From the NCBI GenBank assembly GCA_949293175.1, contig CASFCI010000005.1, positions 69,005 to 133,004 on the forward strand: DNA of 64,000 nt. Reading direction: 5' to 3'. A program made the translations under genes and the position numbers. This document shows, in pieces, positions 51,623 to 64,000 of the stretch. The stretch's first letter is position 1. Every line of letters begins with the position of its first letter. A model generated the notes under the pieces. It had not been told where the DNA came from. It saw only the letters and a program-made list of their open reading frames with translations, and searched no databases. Source of the DNA: an uncultured bacterium. Its GTDB lineage: Bacteria > Bacillota_I > Bacilli_A > RFN20 > CAG-826.

Positions 51623-52852
51623 ATGCTTCAAACCATCGAATCCCTAAAGGACCTTAAGGGAAAGAAGGTCCTAGTCCGCGTCGATTTCAACGTCCCGCAG
51701 AAAGACGGCGTGATCCGCGACGACAACCGCATCCGCGCCGCGCTGCCGACCATCAACTACCTCGTCGGCAAAGGAGCCCGGGTCATATTGATGTCCCACC
51801 TCGGCAAGATCAAGTGGAAGGAGCCCGATCCCGCGAAGATCGAGGCCGCCAAGAAGGCCAATGACATGGCCTGCGTCGCCAAGCGCCTAGCCGAGCTGGT
51901 CGCCCCGACCAAGGTCGAGTTCTGCCCGGTCACCCACGGCGAGGAGCTCGCCAAGGCCGCCGAGGCCCTACATGACGGCGAGATATTGCTCATGCAGAAC
52001 ACCCGCTACGAGAAGGGCGAGGAGAAGAACGACCCCGAGCTCAGCAAGGAATGGGCCGCTTTGGCCGACGTCTACGTCCTCGACGCCTTCGGCTCCGCCC
52101 ACCGCGCCCACGCCTCGACCGTCGGCATCCCGACCATCCTCAAGGAGGAGGGCAAGCCGGTCGCCGAGGGCTACCTCATGGTCAAGGAAGTCGACAACCT
52201 CACCCGCTGCGTCGAGGTCGCCGACTCCGATCGCCCCTACATCGCCATCCTCGGCGGCTTCAAGGTCTCCGACAAGATCAAGGTCATCGACTCGCTACTC
52301 AAGAAGTGCGACAAGATCATCATCGGCGGCGCCATGGCCTATACCTTCAAGAAGGCCCTCGGCGAGGAGATCGGCGATTCCCCGGTCGAGCTCGATCAGC
52401 TTGACTATGCCAAGAAGTGCCTCGAGGAGGCCAAGGGCAGGATCCTCCTCCCCGTCGACTCCGTCGTCACCGATTCCTTCGAGCCGAAGGAAGGCCGCAT
52501 CATCAAGGTCTGCGAGGGAGCCATCCCCGCTGGATTTGAGGGCGTCGACATCGGCCCGAAGACCATCAAGGCCTACAAGGATGCCATATTGACCGCCAAG
52601 ATGGTGTTCTGGAACGGCCCGATGGGCGTCTTCGAGCAGGATGAGTTCCAAGCCGGCACCAAGGCCATCTGCGAAGCCATCCGCGAGCTCGATGGCAAGG
52701 CCTTCACCGTCTGCGGCGGCGGGGATTCCGCCTCGGCCGTCAAGCAGTTCGGCTACAAGAACGACTTCTCCCACGTCTCCACCGGCGGCGGAGCGTCCCT
52801 GGAGATGATCGAGAACGACGGCCACCTCCCTGGCGTCGACGTCCTAAGGTAA
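51623..52852 (+). CDS. pgk: Phosphoglycerate kinase
   Basis: Canonical PGK sequence (RVDFNVP, GGGDSA). Confidence 0.97.
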   Translation: MLQTIESLKDLKGKKVLVRVDFNVPQKDGVIRDDNRIRAALPTINYLVGKGARVILMSHLGKIKWKEPDPAKIEAAKKANDMACVAKRLAELVAPTKVEFCPVTHGEELAKAAEALHDGEILLMQNTRYEKGEEKNDPELSKEWAALADVYVLDAFGSAHRAHASTVGIPTILKEEGKPVAEGYLMVKEVDNLTRCVEVADSDRPYIAILGGFKVSDKIKVIDSLLKKCDKIIIGGAMAYTFKKALGEEIGDSPVELDQLDYAKKCLEEAKGRILLPVDSVVTDSFEPKEGRIIKVCEGAIPAGFEGVDIGPKTIKAYKDAILTAKMVFWNGPMGVFEQDEFQAGTKAICEAIRELDGKAFTVCGGGDSASAVKQFGYKNDFSHVSTGGGASLEMIENDGHLPGVDVLR

Positions 52853-52856
52853 GAAA

Positions 52857-53615
52857 ATGCGCACCAAGCTACTATTCGGCAACTGGAAGATGAACAAGAC
52901 CCCCTCCGAGGCGAAGGAATTCGCCTTGGGGGCGGCCTCTCTAGCCAAGCTTGCCTCGGACAACGGCATTGAGGTCGGCGTCGCCCCGACGTTCGTCTGC
53001 CTCGACGCGGTTAAGAGCAACATCGACCCCTATTTCTACGTCGCGGCCCAGAACTGCTCCGAGTTCGACCACGGCGCCTACACCGGCGAGGTGTCCATCA
53101 AGATGCTACAGGAAATCGGCATCGACTGGGTGATCCTCGGCCATAGCGAGCGCCGCGGCTACTATGGCGAGACCAGCGAGCACTGCAACGCCAAGATCAA
53201 GGCTTTGCTTGCCTCCAACATGACCCCGCTTTATTGCTGTGGCGAATCGCTAGAGACCTTCGAGCAGGGCAAGACCAAGGAGTTCGTCGCGGAGCAGATC
53301 CGCACCGGGCTTGCTGGGCTTACCCCCGAGCAAGCTATCAAGCTCGTCATCGCCTATGAGCCCATCTGGGCCATCGGCACCGGCAAGAACGCCACCTCCG
53401 CGATCGCCGAGGACACCATCAAGAGCATCCGCGAGGTGCTCCGCGATATGTTCGGCGGCGTGGCCGAGGAAATCCGCATCCTCTATGGCGGATCGGTCAA
53501 GCCCAACAACATCGCCGAGTACATGAAGATGGAAGACATCGACGGCGCTTTGGTCGGCGGCGCGAGCCTCGACCTGGAATCCTACGCCGGGCTATTGAAA
53601 GGACTGTTGGCATAA
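52857..53615 (+). CDS. tpiA: Triosephosphate isomerase
   Basis: GNWKMN, GHSERR and AYEPIWAIGTG motifs. Confidence 0.97.
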   Translation: MRTKLLFGNWKMNKTPSEAKEFALGAASLAKLASDNGIEVGVAPTFVCLDAVKSNIDPYFYVAAQNCSEFDHGAYTGEVSIKMLQEIGIDWVILGHSERRGYYGETSEHCNAKIKALLASNMTPLYCCGESLETFEQGKTKEFVAEQIRTGLAGLTPEQAIKLVIAYEPIWAIGTGKNATSAIAEDTIKSIREVLRDMFGGVAEEIRILYGGSVKPNNIAEYMKMEDIDGALVGGASLDLESYAGLLKGLLA

Positions 53616-54385
53616 TGGCTTTCGATTCCTTTTCCGGATACGAGCAGCAGCCGGTTTTCGAGCAGAAGTCGCCGGTAAGCTCGGTCGGGAAGGCCCTTGG
53701 CCGCAGCTACCTCTACCTGGGGATAGCGTTGCTGGTCACCGCCTTGGTCGCCTTCGTGGTCGGCTATGGATTGACCTACTGGATGACGACTTCCTCCTCC
53801 GCCGCGCCCTTCTACGTCTTGATGGGCGCCATCATCGTCTCATTCATCGGGATGGTGATCATCTCGTTTACCATGGTGAAGCGCCTCAACTCCAGCGGCA
53901 AATCGCTTTGGCCGGGGTTCATCGCCTATTCCGTCTTGATGGGCATCTGCCTATCATCGTTCATCATCGCCGGCATCGACTTCTTAGTCGTCGGCGAGGC
54001 GTTCGGGATAAGCGCATTGGCCTTCCTATCGGTCGGCTTGATCGGCTACTTCTCCAAGAAGGACCTCAACCGCCTCTGGCTATGGGTCGGCGTGTTCTCG
54101 ATGGTGGTGCTGCTCACCGCCATCGTGGCTCCATTGATGTTCCTCTTCTACTTCAATAGCTCCGCCTATCTTATTTACGACCTCATCATGAGCGTCGTGA
54201 TATTGGCGCTGGTGCTCATCGTCTCCGCCATCGACTCCTACAACATCAAGAAGATATTGGAAGCGGGGCAGGGCGGCACGAACCTCGAGCTCTTCTGCGC
54301 CTTCTCGATGTATGGCGACTTCATCGCCATCTTCGTCAGGGTGCTCTACCTATTGCTGATACTCGGCTCCCGCCGCTCGAATTAG
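53615..54385 (+). CDS. BAX inhibitor-1/YccA family membrane protein
   Basis: Seven-TM pattern and C-terminal YGDFIAIFVRVLYLLLIL. TAATG overlap with tpiA. Confidence 0.7.
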   Translation: MAFDSFSGYEQQPVFEQKSPVSSVGKALGRSYLYLGIALLVTALVAFVVGYGLTYWMTTSSSAAPFYVLMGAIIVSFIGMVIISFTMVKRLNSSGKSLWPGFIAYSVLMGICLSSFIIAGIDFLVVGEAFGISALAFLSVGLIGYFSKKDLNRLWLWVGVFSMVVLLTAIVAPLMFLFYFNSSAYLIYDLIMSVVILALVLIVSAIDSYNIKKILEAGQGGTNLELFCAFSMYGDFIAIFVRVLYLLLILGSRRSN

Positions 54386-54434
54386 CAAACTGGCCTCCAT
54401 CGGGGGCCATTTTTGTTGGTATACTATTGTGGTT

Positions 54435-55370
54435 ATGCGGTTATCACTAGTAATCCCAGTCGCGCATACCAAGACACTTAACGAGCTCATCGCCTCATTC
54501 CCCACCGAACCGGGGTTTGAGGCGATTTTCGCGCTTGAGCCAGGCTGCGAGGAGGAGAAGTCCATACTCGAGGAAGCCTGCGCGAAAGACAACCGTCTCA
54601 AGATGGTGCTCAATCCCGAGCATCTTGGCCCGATGGGTTCTAGGATAAACGGCATAGGACATGCAAGCGGGGACGTCATCGCCTTCGCCGATGCCGACGA
54701 TGTGCTGCAGGAGGGGTACTTCGCTGCTTTGGAGCGGGAGTTCGATTCCGGGGTGGATGCCGTCTGCTTCTCCTTCTCCTACCTAAAAGGCGATAAGAAG
54801 CGCCGGACCTGGCTGCGCGTCGCCAATAGGAAGGTTGTATCCGGGGCCTCGGCGGGGAAGATGCTGCTGCGCGACCTGACCATCCGCGGGTTCCTCTGGG
54901 CCAAGGCCTTCCGCCGCGACATATTGCTCAACATGCCCTGCATCGATTTGCGCTGCCGGTTCGAGGACTCGCCTTTTGCCTTGCCGGCTCTCTGCAGCTG
55001 CGCCAAGGTGTCGCTGATACCAGATTCCCTTTATATATATAGAAAAGGCAATGGGGGGATGACATCGACGCAGGCCGCGGCCCGTCCCTATGAGCGGATC
55101 GCCTCGTTTGCCGCCATCCGCCACTACGAGGACGCCTATTGCCCCGAGCTCAAGCCGCATTCGGCTTTCGCCACGGTGAGAAACTACCTAAGCCTATTGA
55201 TGGACATCCGCCTAGCGAGGAAGGATGGTCTCAGCAAGAAGGCTATAAGGGAACTCAAGCGGGATTTCCACTTGATATGCTGCAAAGGGATGCTGCCGCT
55301 TGAGGGCAGGACCTATTCCCGCTACCTAGTCGGCGCGCTGCCCTATATGCCTATCGCTTTGATTAAATGA
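54435..55370 (+). CDS. Family 2 glycosyltransferase
   Basis: LSLVIPV start and a DADD motif. ATG 54435 lies 9 nt after TGgTATACT. GTG 54429 is an alternative start. Confidence 0.7.
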   Translation: MRLSLVIPVAHTKTLNELIASFPTEPGFEAIFALEPGCEEEKSILEEACAKDNRLKMVLNPEHLGPMGSRINGIGHASGDVIAFADADDVLQEGYFAALEREFDSGVDAVCFSFSYLKGDKKRRTWLRVANRKVVSGASAGKMLLRDLTIRGFLWAKAFRRDILLNMPCIDLRCRFEDSPFALPALCSCAKVSLIPDSLYIYRKGNGGMTSTQAAARPYERIASFAAIRHYEDAYCPELKPHSAFATVRNYLSLLMDIRLARKDGLSKKAIRELKRDFHLICCKGMLPLEGRTYSRYLVGALPYMPIALIK

Positions 55371-55411
55371 GGACGCAGGTATAATAGAGTCGCAAGGAGA
55401 TATAAAGATCT

Positions 55412-55792
55412 ATGGCAAAGTTCTACATCTGCGATGAATGCAAATCCATCGTGTTGAAGCTCAATTCCGTCGGCGCCTCGCCGGTGTGCTGTGGTAAGCC
55501 CATGCGCGAGCTGCACGCCAACTCGGTCGATGCCGCCCAGGAGAAGCACGTCCCGGCCTTCAAGGAGGAGGGCAACCTGGTCAAGGTGGTGGTGGGGTCC
55601 GTCCCGCACCCGATGGAGGATGACCACTACATCGAGTGGATCTACCTCCTCACCGACAAGGGCGCCCAGATAAAGTACCTCCATCCCCACGATGCCCCGG
55701 CGGCGGAGTTCGCCCTATCCGAGGATGAGGTGGCCATCGCCGTGTATGCTTACTGCAATAAGCACGGCCTCTGGAAAGCCGATATCGAATAA
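55412..55792 (+). CDS. dfx: Desulfoferrodoxin (2Fe superoxide reductase)
   Basis: N-terminal desulforedoxin-type CDEC...CCG. C-terminal His/Cys centre II residues (HVP, HPMEDDH, CNKHG). Confidence 0.85.
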   Translation: MAKFYICDECKSIVLKLNSVGASPVCCGKPMRELHANSVDAAQEKHVPAFKEEGNLVKVVVGSVPHPMEDDHYIEWIYLLTDKGAQIKYLHPHDAPAAEFALSEDEVAIAVYAYCNKHGLWKADIE

Positions 55793-55808
55793 GGACGTTC
55801 AAATTAAG

Positions 55809-55837
55809 GCCTTAGGAGCAATCCTAGGGCTTTTTTT
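55809..55837 (+). terminator. Rho-independent terminator after dfx
   Basis: Stem GCCTTAGGA/TCCTAGGGC followed by TTTTTTT. Confidence 0.7.
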
Positions 55838-55901
55838 GACGAAATTTATCCGATGGCATCTAGCTTTTTCGAACTTTACAAAAAATTAATGGAAAAAGGT
55901 G

Positions 55902-55929
55902 TTGACGGGTAGGCCGGAAAGAGTACAAT
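55902..55929 (+). promoter_or_regulatory. rRNA promoter P1 (predicted)
   Basis: TTGACG, 16-nt spacer, TACAAT, with an A-rich UP-like tract upstream. Confidence 0.5.
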
Positions 55930-56048
55930 TAGCAACGTTCACAACCCGAGGATACCGGGATGTGGATGAGCCAAAAAGTTCCGATGGTTGCTTGAAAAAG
56001 TACCAATCGGGGCCAGGATGGAAAAATCGAAATTCGATAAAAAAATCC

Positions 56049-56077
56049 TTGACTCGCTTCCGCAAAAAGCATAAAGT
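56049..56077 (+). promoter_or_regulatory. rRNA promoter P2 (predicted)
   Basis: TTGACT, 17-nt spacer, TAAAGT, preceded by an A-run. Confidence 0.45.
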
Positions 56078-56231
56078 ATCCAAGCACACAAACCCAACGA
56101 GAGTTGGGCGGCGAGAGCCCGGTGTGCTGCTGATCTTTGAAAACTAGACAGATAGACAACGAACACTTAACGTCGATTCTTTAAGGAATCAAGAAACCAG
56201 ATAATTCAATTTGAACTAGATCAACTTATAT

Positions 56232-57754
<1,523 letters not shown>

Positions 57755-58035
57755 TAAGGAGAAAGTTGTCTGACTCATAGCGAGTTCAGGCAGTACATTA
57801 AATTTACCTATTCGATTTAGTCGTGAAAATCTGGTTGGTGCTCCTGTAAATCTGTCTAGTTTTGAGAGATTAGCGTCTCTCTGCTCTTTGTTCTTTGAAA
57901 ACCGAATATTACATAACATGTTCTTTCTGTTGTTGTTGCGAGAGAGACCGGTTTTACCGAATATCTTGCAAGGACAAAAAGTAGATCGAAAGATCGAAAC
58001 AAGAGACAATTACTAAAAGCTGATTTAACTTACGA

Positions 58036-60895
<2,860 letters not shown>

Positions 60896-61018
60896 TCACT
60901 AATTTCTTTCTATTGAAAGATGAGTAAGCTAAGTCGGCGCATTTAGTCAATTGCAATTGTGAAGAACTGTTAGAGCTAATATTCGGTTTTCAAGGAACAT
61001 TGAGACCTCTGGAAAAAG

Positions 61019-61133
61019 TCTGGTGGCGATGGCACGGTGGGCACACCTGTTCCCATCCCGAACACAGAAGTTAAGCACCGCAGTGGCGAAGGTAGTCGGG
61101 CTCTGGCCCGGCGAGAATAGCGCGCCGCCGGGC
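61019..61133 (+). rRNA. rrf: 5S ribosomal RNA
   Basis: CCCATCCCGAACACAGAAGTTAAGC core. Helix I pairs TCTGGTGGCG with CGCCGCCGGGC. Confidence 0.9.
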
Positions 61134-61165
61134 TTTTTCTTTTATGGGGGCATATTTGATCTTTC

Positions 61166-61190
61166 GGCGGCATTCTGGCCGCCTTTTTAT
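61166..61190 (+). terminator. rRNA operon terminator
   Basis: Stem GGCGGC/GCCGCC followed by TTTTTATT. Confidence 0.6.
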
Positions 61191-61741
61191 TGCCTGGATC
61201 AACACATCAATTTTCAGATGATTCCTAGCCCTTCTGCGGGGCTTTTGCGTCGCCTGTGGTAAATTGCTCGAGCCTTGATCGTTTCGCTTTTGCAGCGACT
61301 TCTATTGATGCCGTTTTTCTTTTTGGCAAGAGTAAGATTCTTCCTTTAGATGCGGTATGGCATGCTTTGTATTCTTTGATCACGCTAGAAGCAAGCTATC
61401 TTATCCAGGCTCCTTTGAAATCACCAGGAGGCGCCTCTAAGCGCCTTCCCATTTGTTCCTGGCTGTTTATTCATTCCGATAATTTCTTACTTTTTCTATA
61501 TTTATAAAATCTAATAACTGTTATTTGCTAGGTGGTGCCTCTTATCAATGAAAGCGGTTACAACATCGATGATTTCGATGGTTTAAATCCGCTGGTAACT
61601 GCTTTTGTGGACTATCAATTTGTCTCATTGATCTGATGCGGCTTTTCATTTTTCCAATTAGGAAACCGGTTTTTCATTTCTCTGGTCTTCCAAATTATTC
61701 CGATAAATACTTAACTTTTCTTTGCCTTTGAAGCGCTGGCA

Positions 61742-61770
61742 TTTACTTGAAAGCGGTTACATTCTATAAT
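61742..61770 (+). promoter_or_regulatory. Predicted promoter of the surface-protein gene
   Basis: TTTACT, 17-nt spacer, TATAAT. SD AAAGGAG precedes ATG 61802. Confidence 0.5.
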
Positions 61771-61801
61771 GTATCGAACTAATTAAAGGAGCAAATAGCA
61801 G

Positions 61802-63151
61802 ATGAAGTTCAAAAGTTACTTGCTCGCAGCAGCTTTGCTTTTAGGCGGAGCTGGTGCGGCAGCAGTGGGAACCTCCGTCACGTTGGCTGCGGATGAACCC
61901 ACAAAAGTCGATGCCTATACCGAAGGTGATGTGTACAAGATTCAAGGCAAACTTGCGAATTATCCTACCGAGAATTGGAATGGCGCCGCAAACCTGATCC
62001 TTGATAAGGAAACAACTATTGGCGACGAGAATCCCCAGCCGGCTTTATCTATAACGCTCGACCTTGCAGCTGGCGATGTTTTCAAGGTAGTCAACTCCAC
62101 TACTAATACTTGGTGCAAGACCGCCAATTTAGGGTTAGATTTTCTAACGCTGACCCAAGACAACGACCAGAATTTCCAAGTTGTAACCGGCGGCACTTAT
62201 ACAATTACAATCAACAAGCATCTCGACACATTCAACGATAATGTTTCTAGTCGGTATTATGTGACGATGGTGACTGCTGAAGCGGTTACCGTTAATCTTG
62301 TCGGAGCAAATGGTGAGGTTGCGCGTGTTGACGAAACTACCAACAACGTCATTTATAACCCCGCTTTCTTGTTCCAAGATGGTTTTGTAAACAGGGGATG
62401 GTTCTATGACGCTGAACTGACAGATCCATATGACCCGGTTGCTTTGGATGCTGGCGAAATTACTCTATATGGTAAATGGGAAGATGCCGGTCCTGATTTG
62501 AAGATTTACTATGAGGGAAGCTATACCAAAGCTTATGTTTGGAACTCAAACGGCGGAGGGGATACGTGGCCCGGCCAGGATATGACCAAATTGGAAAGGT
62601 CGTGGGTCAGCGAGTCTGATGTTTATGTATTCATGGTGCCGGCGGAATATGAAGCCGATCGAATCATTTTCAATGGCGTCAACGGGCAAACCGATGATTT
62701 GGTTTTAGGGCCGGTGACTGCGGTTTATGGCGACGAGGGGGTTGTCGTCGATTCCGACGATAAATTGGCGGCTATTGATTTTATAACCGCCTTTGACGAG
62801 CTTCGCGACGACAACGGCGATATCTGCGGCATTCTAGAAGATTCCGCCAAATACGAGGAAGTGAAGGGCCTATATAACACCATTCAAGACAAGACTTTGG
62901 TTGATTCGCTTGAAGATCTCGGCGCTGCCATAAAAGTTGGCGATGAATACGAGCCTACCACTGTCACCATTGGCGACACCATGAATTACCTTCTTGTCAC
63001 CCGCGGTACCGATGTCGGAACCGGCGCTGGCTTGATTGGTTCTTTCCAGAAGAACGCTTCTGATTGGATCGCCATCGTTTCCATCGCTGTGGTATCGGTT
63101 GCCGCCGCTGGTCTATTCTTCTTCATCCGCAAGAGGAAATCGGCCAAGTAA
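61802..63151 (+). CDS. Surface-anchored secreted protein with a Listeria-Bacteroides (InlB B-type) repeat and a CBM-like module
   Basis: Has a signal peptide. GWFYDAELTDPYD...ITLYGKWE repeat. KAYVWNSNGGGDTWPGQDMTK starch-binding-like segment. C-terminal TM plus RKRKSAK. Confidence 0.6.
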   Translation: MKFKSYLLAAALLLGGAGAAAVGTSVTLAADEPTKVDAYTEGDVYKIQGKLANYPTENWNGAANLILDKETTIGDENPQPALSITLDLAAGDVFKVVNSTTNTWCKTANLGLDFLTLTQDNDQNFQVVTGGTYTITINKHLDTFNDNVSSRYYVTMVTAEAVTVNLVGANGEVARVDETTNNVIYNPAFLFQDGFVNRGWFYDAELTDPYDPVALDAGEITLYGKWEDAGPDLKIYYEGSYTKAYVWNSNGGGDTWPGQDMTKLERSWVSESDVYVFMVPAEYEADRIIFNGVNGQTDDLVLGPVTAVYGDEGVVVDSDDKLAAIDFITAFDELRDDNGDICGILEDSAKYEEVKGLYNTIQDKTLVDSLEDLGAAIKVGDEYEPTTVTIGDTMNYLLVTRGTDVGTGAGLIGSFQKNASDWIAIVSIAVVSVAAAGLFFFIRKRKSAK

Positions 63152-63167
63152 TAGGGCGAATATCTAA

Positions 63168-63196
63168 GGCGCGGGCGCATTCGCTCGCGCCTTTTT
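63168..63196 (+). terminator. Rho-independent terminator
   Basis: Stem GGCGCGGGC/GCTCGCGCC followed by TTTTT. Confidence 0.65.
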
Positions 63197-63227
63197 GTTT
63201 TGCTGATTTTCCCAGTATAATCAAGCC

Positions 63228-64000
63228 ATGAGCCAACACATAGGAATAATCAAGCTGCGGTCAGCCCTATCGGCCGGCGACAAGGAGCTCGTGGGCGAGG
63301 CCAACGAGTTCCTTTCATCTTTATCGCCTAATGGCGAATACGAATTCGAGAACGCCGGCAAGGGTAAGATGAACGTCTTCTTGGTCCTAACCGGCGGATC
63401 GGAGACCTCGTTTAAGGATTTCTACAAGAACTACGAGGCCCCTTACTTCATATTGCCGACTGGCAAGCGCAACTCCCTTGCCGCCAGCCTTGAGATCGTC
63501 TCCTACCTGCATGAACAGGGTGAGCCCGCCATCCTCCTATACGGCGAGGATCAGAAGAAGATGTTAGACGGGGCGGTCAGGGTTTACAACGCGCTCCATG
63601 CCCTGCGCGGCGCTAGGCTAGGCGTAATCGGAGGGTCGTCATCCTGGCTCATCGCTTCGAACATCGACCGGAAGAAGGCCAAGAAGGCGCTCGGCATCGA
63701 TATAGTCGACATCCCGATGAAGGAAGTCCTAGGGTATTACGACGAGCACCTGCTCGCCGACGACACCTTGTTCTCGAGGTTCGAGGGCAAGACCAGACGC
63801 AAGGAGGAGCTCCGCGAGGCCCTATACGTCCATGGGGCTTTGAAGAAGCTAGTCAAGACCCGCGGTCTAAGCGCGCTCACCATGAAGTGCTTCGACCTCA
63901 TCACCGCCAAGCAGGTCAGCGCCTGCCTCGCCTTCGCCTTGCTCAACGAGGAGGGCATCATCGCCGGATGCGAGGGCGACATCCCCTCGGCCCTAACCAT
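63228..64000 (+). CDS. L-fucose/L-arabinose isomerase-family protein, N-terminal 257 codons. Continues beyond the window.
   Basis: Open frame from ATG 63228 to the window edge (my own translation). MKCFD...AGCEGD segment is typical of COG2407-like isomerases. TATAAT lies 6 nt upstream and no SD is present. Confidence 0.45.
   Translation, partial: MSQHIGIIKLRSALSAGDKELVGEANEFLSSLSPNGEYEFENAGKGKMNVFLVLTGGSETSFKDFYKNYEAPYFILPTGKRNSLAASLEIVSYLHEQGEPAILLYGEDQKKMLDGAVRVYNALHALRGARLGVIGGSSSWLIASNIDRKKAKKALGIDIVDIPMKEVLGYYDEHLLADDTLFSRFEGKTRRKEELREALYVHGALKKLVKTRGLSALTMKCFDLITAKQVSACLAFALLNEEGIIAGCEGDIPSALT

Noticed and set aside
57755-58035. Looked for tRNA-Ile or tRNA-Ala in the 16S-23S spacer.
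   Set aside because: No cloverleaf-compatible sequence and no GGTTCGA-type T loop were seen. The spacer appears tRNA-free.
61256-61507. 83-aa ORF (GTG start) in the AT-rich tract after the 5S gene. Also 61023-61262, which overlaps the 5S gene.
   Set aside because: It has no SD and no -10-coupled ATG. It uses a non-ATG start, has odd composition, and overlaps an rRNA terminator. I treated it as non-coding, although a small protein cannot be excluded.

Overview
This 64-kb window comes from an anaerobic bacterium using the standard genetic code. Several genes end at TGA with normal lengths. The 16S sequence looks Bacillota/Mollicutes-Erysipelotrichia-like, judged by eye only. Coding DNA is GC-rich, so the reverse strand carries many long spurious ORFs.

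The backbone follows the classic Bacillus-type order. It runs hydB'(partial)-hydA, HAD phosphatase, cysS, mgtC-like, rlmB, sigH-like, rpmG-secE-nusG. A 3.5-kb insert follows (hypothetical gene, phosphoesterase, arsR plus P-type metal ATPase). Next come rplK-rplA-rplJ-rplL, an rsmC-like methyltransferase, and rpoB-rpoC. A second insert carries two divergent lipoprotein genes, one an M6-like metalloprotease. Then come rpsL-rpsG-fusA-tuf, an RDD protein and tRNA-Lys(CTT).

Downstream lie:
- an AT-rich islet with a lone DUF4143-type AAA ATPase;
- four small membrane, secreted or basic hypothetical genes;
- PFOR (nifJ);
- a lower-GC cassette with one AlbA_2/Schlafen-like wHTH gene, bracketed by 155-bp direct repeats and abutting tRNA-Pro(GGG);
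- a DUF362 Fe-S protein and two AT-rich secreted/lipoprotein genes;
- uvrA-lgt-trxB-rapZ-whiA-XRE, Fe-ADH, gap-pgk-tpiA-BI-1, a GT2 glycosyltransferase and desulfoferrodoxin;
- a 16S-23S-5S operon with no spacer tRNA;
- an AT-rich non-coding stretch, a surface-anchored protein, and the 5' part of a FucI-like gene.

The most unusual structure is the repeat-bracketed cassette at 37.2-39.25 kb. Five copies of a 38-41-nt palindrome-ended motif surround a single gene there, and no recombinase is visible.

Other points worth a second look:
- a recurring leaderless-promoter layout, with a -10 box 6-10 nt before the ATG and no SD;
- a TSCSPGW variant of the H-cluster L1 motif in HydA;
- a three-palindrome ArsR operator array;
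- breaks in two otherwise conserved ribosomal/RNAP gene clusters.

All protein calls rest on motif and synteny recognition by eye. No database search or computation was run.
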